Below are positions 16,067 to 24,495 of a DNA stretch of 41,900 bases, in pieces. Below the pieces are notes generated by a model. The model made no database searches. It was not told the origin of the DNA and saw only the letters and a list, made by a program, of their open reading frames with translations. The stretch lies in contig JAOZIF010000165.1 of the NCBI GenBank assembly GCA_026014495.1, positions 1 through 41,900 of the forward strand, in the 5' to 3' direction. Numbering within the stretch: position 1 is the stretch's first letter; every line of letters starts with the position of its first letter. The stretch comes from Candidatus Bathyarchaeum sp. Lineage in GTDB: Archaea; Thermoproteota; Bathyarchaeia; Bathyarchaeales; Bathyarchaeaceae. The position numbers and the translations under genes are program-made.

Positions 16067-16537
16067 TTAATAATTTGGGTCTGAATGATGAATTTTGGTT
16101 TTTCTGCGTGCCCTTAGGCCCTCTACTAGGAATAAAACCAAGGCTGCGGCGGTTATTGATGTTAACAGGAGAAAGAAGATTTTGAATTGTGATGTTTCGA
16201 CGGAGAAATGAATTGCTAGAACTACAAGTTCTGTAATTAGTATTGCTGAGAAAATGGATGAATAAACCAAGGGATTAGGAATAAGTCTCCTATCAATCCA
16301 GGTGTAACCGTGGACTGCAACTTTTTCTTTTGCAATATAATTGCCTTCCTCGTGCTTTGTCACCAAGCCCATGAGTTCTAGTTTTTGAAGGTGCCTGTAT
16401 GCAACGCTGGGACTGCTCAGGTTCACGCCTCTCATTACATCTCTTGGACCAACTGGATGCTTCGCTTTAACGATGTACAAGTATATTCGCAGTGTTCGAC
16501 CTTGTAGTCCGTCAGTGTCTAAATGCGATACAGCCAA
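16067..16537 (-). CDS. Winged-HTH regulator with C-terminal TM helices
   Basis: PVGPRDVMRGVNLSSPSVAYRHLQKLELMGLV, then two hydrophobic segments; RBS GGGGGT before TTG. Confidence 0.75.
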   Translation of the reverse strand: MAVSHLDTDGLQGRTLRIYLYIVKAKHPVGPRDVMRGVNLSSPSVAYRHLQKLELMGLVTKHEEGNYIAKEKVAVHGYTWIDRRLIPNPLVYSSIFSAILITELVVLAIHFSVETSQFKIFFLLLTSITAAALVLFLVEGLRARRKTKIHHSDPNY

Positions 16538-16674
16538 CTACCCCCTGTTATACTTGCGTCAAGGTTTCAATTGTAATATAAGTTTTTACAAAAATGAGAA
16601 AATACGGAGCACAATAAACAAATGATTTAATCAATCATCAAAAAGGAAACACAAACTCATAGTATTGCTTGAAA

Positions 16675-16726
16675 TTTCTGAAAAAACCTAGTTTTCAACA
16701 ATATTCTGCTATTAGTCTCCTAATAG
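16675..16726 (-). repeat. Dispersed hairpin repeat A, copy 4
   Basis: Minus strand CTATTAGGAGACTAATAGCAGAATATTGTTGAAAACTAGGTTTTTTCAGAAA, 8 nt after the HDAC stop. Confidence 0.8.
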
Positions 16727-16734
16727 GAGTGGAA

Positions 16735-17595
16735 TTAAAGCTTCATTATGTTTCCTTCGATTCCACTAAGGAGTGCATGAGCATCCCTGCCTACGTATTC
16801 GCCTATGTATCCTCCTTCTAGCACGCCAAAAACAGGTTTCTTGTAGGCTCCAATTATGCGTCCAATCTCCAAGTAACATGAAGTGGTCAAACCCAAAGAA
16901 GCAAGGTCTCCTTGGTGAGCATCAAAGCCCGCGGATATAGCAATCACCTCAATGTTTTCCATTTCAACTTGACTAAGTGCAGTTTCCAGAGTTTTCAGGT
17001 ATAAAGTGTCCCCTGTTGAGTAGGGCAACGGAAAGTTTAGGCAGTTACCCTGTGAGACTAGACCTGTTCCAGGGTATGTTGGGTGCCTGTGTAGTGAAAT
17101 GAATTTGACTTTTGGGTCTCCTTGGAAAATTTCTTGGGTTCCGTTTCCATGATGGCCGTCAATGTCCAAGATTAAGGTGGACTTGTCGAGTTTTTTGACG
17201 GCGATTGCGATGTTGTTGAAGTAACAAAAACCCAATGTTGGAGCGCCCATTGCTGTGCCGTTTACTCCAGCGTGATGTCCTGGAGGTCTAGTGAAAGAAA
17301 GTCCGTTTATTTTTGCAGCCATTAGTGCTGCTCCTGTGGATAGTAGGGCGTATTCATAGATGTTTTTGGGTGCTGGCGTGTCTCCATCTAGGTAGCTTTC
17401 AGCTTGTGCGTTTTTGATGTGGTCAACGTATTCGCTGGTGTGAACGCTCAGCAGGTCTTGGTGCGAGGCTGGTTTTGGTTCCACAAAATTGTGTCTTTCA
17501 CGCAGTATTTCAATGGCAATTCTAACTCGTTCTGGCCGCTCTATGTGACCAACCCAGTTATATTCAAGGCACCTTTCAGAGAATACAATTTTCAT
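16735..17595 (-). CDS. Histone deacetylase/AcuC-family Zn-dependent deacetylase
   Basis: RPPGHHAG, GFCYFNN, DIDGHHGNGTQ, SAGFDAH, LEGGY. Confidence 0.92.
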   Translation of the reverse strand: MKIVFSERCLEYNWVGHIERPERVRIAIEILRERHNFVEPKPASHQDLLSVHTSEYVDHIKNAQAESYLDGDTPAPKNIYEYALLSTGAALMAAKINGLSFTRPPGHHAGVNGTAMGAPTLGFCYFNNIAIAVKKLDKSTLILDIDGHHGNGTQEIFQGDPKVKFISLHRHPTYPGTGLVSQGNCLNFPLPYSTGDTLYLKTLETALSQVEMENIEVIAISAGFDAHQGDLASLGLTTSCYLEIGRIIGAYKKPVFGVLEGGYIGEYVGRDAHALLSGIEGNIMKL

Positions 17596-17644
17596 CTCTT
17601 CTATCCTCTATTACAGTTAGCATACGCGAACAAGTTTTGCAGGT

Positions 17645-18199
17645 TTATGCTACGAGGTTTGCAAGTTCTACGCATCTGGACTTGACGATTTGATACAAAC
17701 TGTTTCGCATGTTTTCTCCAGACAGGTTTGAGGCTCGCAACAGTCCCAGCTTCTTTGACAATTCTAGATCGCCCAGTGAGCGAATCCAGTTTTCGAAGTC
17801 TCTTCGAGGTAGATGAAATTCTATGCACTTTAGGTCTATTGTCTGGATTTTGTCAACAAACTCGCTTAGGCTAGCTGCATGAATTCCAGAGTAATTATCA
17901 AGTTCAGAACAGAAGTGGAAGGCTTTCTCGAACGGAACTGCACCCAGAATATTCTGGGCTATGTTTTTGTCTATTTTTGGTAAGCCTATGGCTTGTTTGC
18001 CTAGGTTTGTTATGGTGTAGTAGTGTTTCTGGGGAACAGAAACGTATTTTGCTTTTATGAGCCCCAGCAAATACCCCATCGCTGAGGAAGAGTTTAGCCC
18101 TACTTTTTCTGCTAAGTCTTGTATGGTCATTGGCTTTCCTGCAGCCCATAATTCCACCAAAATTTTGCCCCTGATTTTGCCTTCGCTCATAACATACAC
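17645..18199 (-). CDS. wHTH plus DUF5752-like domain protein
   Basis: N-terminal HTH (TIQDLAEKVGL); C-terminal AFHF...SLSEF...IEFHLPRRDFENWI..LGD.EL. Confidence 0.75.
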   Translation of the reverse strand: MYVMSEGKIRGKILVELWAAGKPMTIQDLAEKVGLNSSSAMGYLLGLIKAKYVSVPQKHYYTITNLGKQAIGLPKIDKNIAQNILGAVPFEKAFHFCSELDNYSGIHAASLSEFVDKIQTIDLKCIEFHLPRRDFENWIRSLGDLELSKKLGLLRASNLSGENMRNSLYQIVKSRCVELANLVA

Positions 18200-18380
18200 C
18201 TTCCCGAAAAAATATCGGCAATTCAGATTATTAATGTATTCGTAAGTATTTACTTACTTTATTATTAATTTTCTTTTGGACATGGATGCAAAACATACTC
18301 AATTCATTCCCCACCTTCAGCCATAACACTTTAACAGGTAATAATGTTAATTTCGTCTTAATAGCCTTTATCTCGACAAA

Positions 18381-18433
18381 TCAAACCATGTTAGAAGAAA
18401 ATATCACAAAAATATTCTTCTGAAACATCAATC
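18381..18433. repeat. Dispersed hairpin repeat B, copy 1
   Basis: TCAAACCATGTTAGAAGAAAATATCACAAAAATATTCTTCTGAAACATCAATC; closely similar to 21394-21447. Confidence 0.7.
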
Positions 18434-18468
18434 CCCCATGGCTCTAATCATCTGCTAATTTTTAATTT

Positions 18469-19263
18469 TTATACCAACGCGTTTTTTCTGGCTTTTTGCC
18501 ATAAAAATTCAAAGTGGTCTTCAGCTAAAGTCACTAGACTAGGGTTATTTGACCATATCGCAGGAGAAAGTTTCAAATCAACTGTTGGTTTCACATAAAT
18601 GAACACTTCTTTATTATCATACATAGCCATCAATGTTTTGGGAATAACCGAAACAAACCCAACCTGAGCAGAAGGAGCTTGCCAAGAAGTGTTTACAACA
18701 TCAAAAAGTGATGCTTCAGTTTCTTCTATTACTACGCGACCAGTCACACCCCTGAACCATGCTTGCTCTAGTGATTCCGAAAGATACGAACAAGCCAACA
18801 TAAATCTCTTAGATAATGTAACAACATCGATGCTTTTTTTGGCTTTATCAATACTTTCTCTTAATCTTTGTATAATCGCTTCTTTTGAAGGAACTAAAAT
18901 GAATTTTGATTCTCCTTGAAATGGTTCGTCAATTAATGTTTTGTTGTTGAATTTTGTGATTAAAGAATCAATTTTATATTTTAACTTGTTGTGTTTTTTT
19001 GATTGGCGTTCAAATAAAATATTAAGTCCAGTTTCTATTGGAATTGCTTTGAACTTGAATGGATAGTTAATTTCCTTTTCTACTAATGCTAATCTCTGGA
19101 GTGCAGAAATTATTCGATACACATCAGAACGAGCAATATTTGAAACTTTTGAAATCTCTGAAGCATCTAACGATTTTTTCTGGCAAATAGCAAGGTAGAC
19201 CTTTGCCTGTGAGCTAGTGAGTCCCAAATCAGTTAGAGTTTGGACGTCCCCCGAAGCATCCAT
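18469..19263 (-). CDS. TrmB-family transcriptional regulator
   Basis: LTDLGLTSSQAKVYL, ISKVSNIARSDVYRII..L..L.LVE; PLD-like effector domain. Confidence 0.88.
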   Translation of the reverse strand: MDASGDVQTLTDLGLTSSQAKVYLAICQKKSLDASEISKVSNIARSDVYRIISALQRLALVEKEINYPFKFKAIPIETGLNILFERQSKKHNKLKYKIDSLITKFNNKTLIDEPFQGESKFILVPSKEAIIQRLRESIDKAKKSIDVVTLSKRFMLACSYLSESLEQAWFRGVTGRVVIEETEASLFDVVNTSWQAPSAQVGFVSVIPKTLMAMYDNKEVFIYVKPTVDLKLSPAIWSNNPSLVTLAEDHFEFLWQKARKNALV

Positions 19264-19401
19264 TTACCCAGATTCACCTGTTACTTTGAAGTTTTAATCT
19301 GTTAATGCTTTAAAGTTTTTTGATTTGTTTATAGAACCCCCACAAACAAGTGCTTAACTACATCATATAAAAAATGATGCTAAAAAAGGCGAGAATACCC
19401 A

Positions 19402-21195
19402 ATGAAAAAAATTTTAAAAAACAAAAAAATAACAACAATGACATTGCTTTTAGTCTTAACGCTAACTACTGTACCATTCATTGTTCCTTGTTCATATTCT
19501 CAGCTATCTGAGTCTGAGAGTTCCACACCATCTGAATGGATAAAACTAATAACGGAGACACCTGACGGCGCATACCGCGACCCTCCGGGTGTAACACAAT
19601 ACCCACAGACAACAACACCCTCTGGAACAGAAGACAAGACAGGCTTTTCTGAAGGACCAGCACCTTATACAAACCATACACTATGGAGAGCAGATATACC
19701 AGTTTATGACTGGAACAAAATAATTGCATCCAGAGGCAAGATATACTTTGGAAGTACCCTTGACCACTGCTATTATTGCCTTGACCAAAACACAGGAGAA
19801 GTAATTTGGCAACACAATGTAACAGGTGGAAGTCAGAGATGGCCTCAAATTGCATTTGGTTTAGTATTTATTAGAGACGAAGGACACGTAACTGCTCTAA
19901 GCCTTAACAATGGAAACAAATTCTGGACGTATGAAGAGTCTGGTAGTCCAGCACTATCTGTCGCATGGCCTCAAGTATTTGAGGATGGAGACGCAGTTTA
20001 TCTTAGTTCAAGAAGTAACACAACATGCCTCAAGGTTGTACATCAAGAGTATCCTGCAGTCAGAGTGATGTGGAACAGAGACACTATACGCGGCAGACTT
20101 GCGTATTATGACCATAAACTCTATGGAGCTGGTTCATATAGCACATGGGCATCTTGCGTAGACGCAGCAACAGGCGATTTGATTTGGAACTTCACGGGCA
20201 CTGGTGATCCTATTGACATGTTTTACCCATCCCCAACAATTGCATATGGAAATGTGTACCTTGGTACAGAAAACGATGGGAGCGTAGAATTTTCGGACCA
20301 TGTCGTTTGTCTAGATGCTGAAACAGGTGACTACAAGTGGACTTATGAAACAGACGAATATTTTGTGCAGTCCATATCCGCGGGTTATGGTAACATATAC
20401 ATTGCTGGCGGCGAGAGGAACTCAATTCATTGTGTAGATGGAGAAACTGGTCAAAAGAAATGGGAATATAATGCTCCTGGATTTGTTGACTACTACGATA
20501 TTCAAATCGGTGGAAACGCAATCTATTTTGTTTGTGCTGCAATAAAGGTCCAGGGCTTCCCTGTGCCTGGCACTTACCCAGGTCTAGTGATGTGTCTTGA
20601 TGCAATTACAGGTGATGTTATATGGAGTTACCACACCGAAACTGCTGCGACTTCACCTACACTTGTTGACGGAAAAATATATACACAAACTGAGGAAGAC
20701 TACGTTTGGTGTTTCGGTAAAGGACCTACTACTACAACAACTGCTGTAACTTCAAAAGGAATATCGCTCGGACAAAGTACTGTTATATATGGCTCTGTAG
20801 AGGACATGTCTCCGTTCAGCCAACAACATCCTGAGCTCCAATCTCCGGTGGTGGCTGGAGTTCCAGTTGTGTTAAGTTATGTCAAAGACGGAACGTGGAC
20901 CGATTTCGCTACCGTAAATACGGCCTCCGATGGATCATATATGTACACTTTGACTCCTCTAAACGAGGGAAATTATAGAGTAGTGGCACGTTTTGAAGGA
21001 ACAGACGCTTATCACTGGTCAAGTGCACAGGAAGTAATTCAGGTAAGTCCAGCATCATCACAGGCGCAGCCAATAACACCTGAAGAAGCAATAGAAGCAC
21101 CCCTTGTTACCAGCGAAACAGCCATCATGATAGCAGTTGCCATAATCGCAATCGCAGGAATAGTTGTTTTCTGGGTACTACGAAAACGAAAATAA
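19402..21195 (+). CDS. PQQ-binding-like beta-propeller surface protein with Ig-like domain and C-terminal TM anchor
   Basis: Signal peptide, repeated CLDAxTGxxxW, GKGPTTTT linker, C-terminal TM plus RKRK. Confidence 0.85.
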   Translation: MKKILKNKKITTMTLLLVLTLTTVPFIVPCSYSQLSESESSTPSEWIKLITETPDGAYRDPPGVTQYPQTTTPSGTEDKTGFSEGPAPYTNHTLWRADIPVYDWNKIIASRGKIYFGSTLDHCYYCLDQNTGEVIWQHNVTGGSQRWPQIAFGLVFIRDEGHVTALSLNNGNKFWTYEESGSPALSVAWPQVFEDGDAVYLSSRSNTTCLKVVHQEYPAVRVMWNRDTIRGRLAYYDHKLYGAGSYSTWASCVDAATGDLIWNFTGTGDPIDMFYPSPTIAYGNVYLGTENDGSVEFSDHVVCLDAETGDYKWTYETDEYFVQSISAGYGNIYIAGGERNSIHCVDGETGQKKWEYNAPGFVDYYDIQIGGNAIYFVCAAIKVQGFPVPGTYPGLVMCLDAITGDVIWSYHTETAATSPTLVDGKIYTQTEEDYVWCFGKGPTTTTTAVTSKGISLGQSTVIYGSVEDMSPFSQQHPELQSPVVAGVPVVLSYVKDGTWTDFATVNTASDGSYMYTLTPLNEGNYRVVARFEGTDAYHWSSAQEVIQVSPASSQAQPITPEEAIEAPLVTSETAIMIAVAIIAIAGIVVFWVLRKRK

Positions 21196-21300
21196 CCAAA
21201 TTTTCCCTCCCTTCTTTTTTTGGGAGTAAACCTTCAACGGAAGAAAAATGGGGACTGAAAAAGCACCTGCACAAAAATGGAAATAACTGAAGCGGTAGTA

Positions 21301-21360
21301 GCTGTTTTGTTTTTTCATTTTTTTGCTCTTTGATCACTTGTGTAGGAGCCTCAGCAAACC
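21301..21360 (-). repeat. Dispersed repeat C (leader plus start of a secreted-protein gene), copy 1
   Basis: 17-bp identical core AGGAGCCTCAGCAAACC shared with 41580-41638; the minus strand leads to ATG AAA AAA. Confidence 0.65.
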
Positions 21361-21393
21361 CCAATTTTTCTTAATAGTGTTTATCGCGCTAAG

Positions 21394-21447
21394 TCAAACC
21401 ATATCAGAAGAAACTATCACAAAAAATATTCTTCTGAAACGTCAATC
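21394..21447. repeat. Dispersed hairpin repeat B, copy 2
   Basis: Contains TCAGAAGAA-N16-TTCTTCTGA. Confidence 0.7.
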
Positions 21448-21448
21448 T

Positions 21449-21583
21449 CTACGCGTCCGACTGTCTGTTAGGTTTTAATTTTGCCTGATACGCTGTTATG
21501 AAAAGCGTTCCTATTGCTAAACTCAACATTAATAATGCACAGGTATAAAACTCTGGGATTGTTGCAGTTTCAAAAGTGTCCAA
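21449..21583 (-). pseudogene. PEF-CTERM tail remnant
   Basis: LDTFETATIPEFYTCALLMLSLAIGTLFITAYQAKLKPNRQSDA*, with in-frame stops immediately upstream. Confidence 0.6.
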
Positions 21584-21799
21584 TTATTGGGGCTAAACGC
21601 GTTGTTAATTTATTCAGTGTTGGTAACTGAAAAAATTGTTTTGCAAGTCTATGAACTGTTTCACGATAGATTAAAAGCCAATTTGTTCAAATCAAAGGTA
21701 CTGAACTGGCTCTGCTTAGTCACATTTTTAAGGCTTAACCAAAATATGATGCTTTAATCACAATCAAACGGGCTTTAGGTTCATAGGGGAAATGCAAGG

Positions 21800-22756
21800 T
21801 TGAATGACATTGAGATAAATTCTGTAACTAAACGTTTTGAGGATACACTAGCAGTTAACGACATCTCTATGAATGTTGCAAAAGGGGAACTGTTTGGTTT
21901 ACTTGGTCCTAATGGCGCAGGCAAGTCTACTCTCACAAAGATGATTTCTGGAATACTAAATCCAACATCAGGTACAATCAAAGTAGGAAATTATGACATC
22001 CAAAAAGACTCCATGAAAGTTAAAGAACTGCTTGGTGTTGTTCCACAAGACATCGTACTATACGATTACTTGAATGCTAAAGAAAACCTCTCGTTTTATG
22101 GTAGACTTTATGGTTTATCAGGAAAAAAACTCAAAGAACGAATTAATGAGTTGCTAAAATTCACCCAACTTGACAAAAAAGCAGTGAAACGGCATGTCTC
22201 CACATACTCGGGAGGAATGAAACGACGAGTAAACATTGCCGCTGCACTCTTACATGAACCCCAAGTCATACTGCTCGACGAGCCCACCGCGGGGCTTGAC
22301 CCACAAAACAAACATGCACTATGGGAAATCATTCAATCATTGAAGAGTCAAGGAAAAACCATCGTTTTGACGACGCACATGATGGAAGAGGCAGAAGAGT
22401 TGTGCAGCAAAATTGCAATCATGGATCAAGGCAAAATCATTGCTTTAGGTAGTCCAAGCGAGCTAGTTAAGAAAATCAAACTGGAAAACACAATAACTCT
22501 AGTTCCTGACAAGACATCAGCTAGACTCATTGAAGAAATCAAAAGCATTTCTGGCGTCAAAAACGCGTATACAGCTCAAGATGAAAACGAAAAGACAGAA
22601 ACAATAAAGGTGATTACAGACAATCCCGACGACATACTTTCAGATGTAGTAGCATCAACTGTAAACAATGGAACAAAAGTCTTGTCAGTTCAGCTTTCAC
22701 GCGTAACATTAGAAGATGTGTTTATTACGTTAACAGGAAGGAGCCTAAGGGAGTGA
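21800..22756 (+). CDS. ABC transporter ATP-binding protein (DrrA/CcmA-like exporter)
   Basis: GPNGAGKS, YSGGMKRR, LLDEP, H-loop TTH. Confidence 0.93.
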   Translation: MNDIEINSVTKRFEDTLAVNDISMNVAKGELFGLLGPNGAGKSTLTKMISGILNPTSGTIKVGNYDIQKDSMKVKELLGVVPQDIVLYDYLNAKENLSFYGRLYGLSGKKLKERINELLKFTQLDKKAVKRHVSTYSGGMKRRVNIAAALLHEPQVILLDEPTAGLDPQNKHALWEIIQSLKSQGKTIVLTTHMMEEAEELCSKIAIMDQGKIIALGSPSELVKKIKLENTITLVPDKTSARLIEEIKSISGVKNAYTAQDENEKTETIKVITDNPDDILSDVVASTVNNGTKVLSVQLSRVTLEDVFITLTGRSLRE

Positions 22757-22763
22757 AAAACAA

Positions 22764-24026
22764 ATGAAAGTAAAAAGAGCAATTAACCAAGTAGCTGCAG
22801 TTGCAAAAACCGATTTTCTGGGAGTGCTCAGAAACAAAACTGCAATCTTTTTCACGTTACTCTTTCCGTTATTTTTCATAGTCATTATTGGATTCACTTT
22901 TGGTCAAAGTGGCACAACAGAAACAAGCAGTATTGTTGTAGGCGTAGTCAACCTTGATGGCGAACTGATTGCCGTAAACGCCACAAACTCAATCAATGGT
23001 ACAATCGGAGACCTGCTTGTTGAAGCATTAGAGAGCGCAAACTTCACGATTTATGGCTATGACGATTACGGCGACAGGGATACAAACGGAACAGCAGCAT
23101 ACGCTATTAGCAGAGGAGACATAGACGCAATTATGGTTATTCCAGCTAACTTCACAGAAACACTCAGCTTCCAATACACAGATAATCTGGGCGCACAAGT
23201 TGCAACACAATCCCACCTCCAGTTACATGTGGACCCAACTGACACAACAGGCGCACTAATAACGCAGCAAAGCATTCTTGGTTTTACCTCTGCATTCGTG
23301 AAACAGTACCAACAAGTTGCCATACAACAGGTTCCAGCAGACATGCAATCATACATACAAGTTCTCGCTGACCCAATCACAGTTTTAGTCAGTGATGCAG
23401 AAGTTACAGAAGAAGAACTGCAATGGATAGACTATATGGTTCCGGGCACACTGGGACTTGTCCTTCTTTGGAGCGGACTAAATCATGCCTCTATGACAAT
23501 CGCAACAGAACGCACCAAAGGAACGTTCCAAAGAATGATTATTGCTCCCGTCTCTCCCACAATTGTGCTGCTTGGAAAATTTATCTCAAACTTGACTCTA
23601 GTTTACATGTCTGGCTTTGTCATGCTTGTTAGCGGAGTACTGCTGTTTCAAGTGAACCTGTACTGGAACATCCCCGTAATCATCTTGGCAATGTTCTTGG
23701 GCTCGCTATCCGCTATTGGAATTGGGTTAATAATCTCTTCCGTCACAAAGAACGAAGAAGCAGCCAACTCAATCGCAGTAATAATCAGTGTTCCACTGCA
23801 GTTCTTTATCGGAGCATTCTTTCCACTTACAATGATGCCAGAAGCAGCTCAAGTATTCGGCGAAGCTTTGCCCTTCACAAAACTTGTCAACATCATGAAG
23901 GACGTAATGACCAGAAACTTACCCTTTGATGCAGTGATTCCAGAACTATTGTACCTAACCGTTTCAGGCATAATCCTGTTTAGCTTAGGAACAATCGCAT
24001 ACCGAATAGCGCTAAAGAGGCTCTAG
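22764..24026 (+). CDS. ABC-2 type permease
   Basis: N-terminal TM, large extracellular loop, ERTKGTFQRM, five C-terminal TMs. Confidence 0.9.
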   Translation: MKVKRAINQVAAVAKTDFLGVLRNKTAIFFTLLFPLFFIVIIGFTFGQSGTTETSSIVVGVVNLDGELIAVNATNSINGTIGDLLVEALESANFTIYGYDDYGDRDTNGTAAYAISRGDIDAIMVIPANFTETLSFQYTDNLGAQVATQSHLQLHVDPTDTTGALITQQSILGFTSAFVKQYQQVAIQQVPADMQSYIQVLADPITVLVSDAEVTEEELQWIDYMVPGTLGLVLLWSGLNHASMTIATERTKGTFQRMIIAPVSPTIVLLGKFISNLTLVYMSGFVMLVSGVLLFQVNLYWNIPVIILAMFLGSLSAIGIGLIISSVTKNEEAANSIAVIISVPLQFFIGAFFPLTMMPEAAQVFGEALPFTKLVNIMKDVMTRNLPFDAVIPELLYLTVSGIILFSLGTIAYRIALKRL

Positions 24027-24079
24027 GTAACACAGCACATTTATTAGATTAGCCACCAATTGTTTAGTAGGTAAGTTGT

Positions 24080-24313
24080 ATGGCAAAATCAATCAAAGAA
24101 CAGGTAGCACAATGCATCGAAGAAGTTAGACCACAACTGCAAGCTGACGGCGGAGACATAGAACTTGTAGACGTAGAAAATGGCATCGCAAAAGTTAAAC
24201 TGAAAGGCGCATGTAACGGCTGTCCAATGTCCGCGATGACCTTACAGTGGGGCGTAGTAAGCTGCATAAAAAAGCGAGTACCTGAAATCAAGAACGTTGA
24301 AGTAGTTCAATAA
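24080..24313 (+). CDS. NifU/Nfu-like Fe-S scaffold domain
   Basis: VRPQLQADGGDIELV...GACNGCPMS. Confidence 0.9.
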   Translation: MAKSIKEQVAQCIEEVRPQLQADGGDIELVDVENGIAKVKLKGACNGCPMSAMTLQWGVVSCIKKRVPEIKNVEVVQ

Positions 24314-24495
24314 CACGGTGCAAGTTACAGCCATCTGAATAAAAAATAATCGATGTTTTTAGATTAACACATATCCGTTGACTGTTACATATTCAGAATC
24401 TGTGTCATCAAATACACCAATCAAGACACACAATTCACAAAACATTATACACTAAACGGCTAAAGGGCTAAAATCTAGCGAGGTAAAATTTAGAT

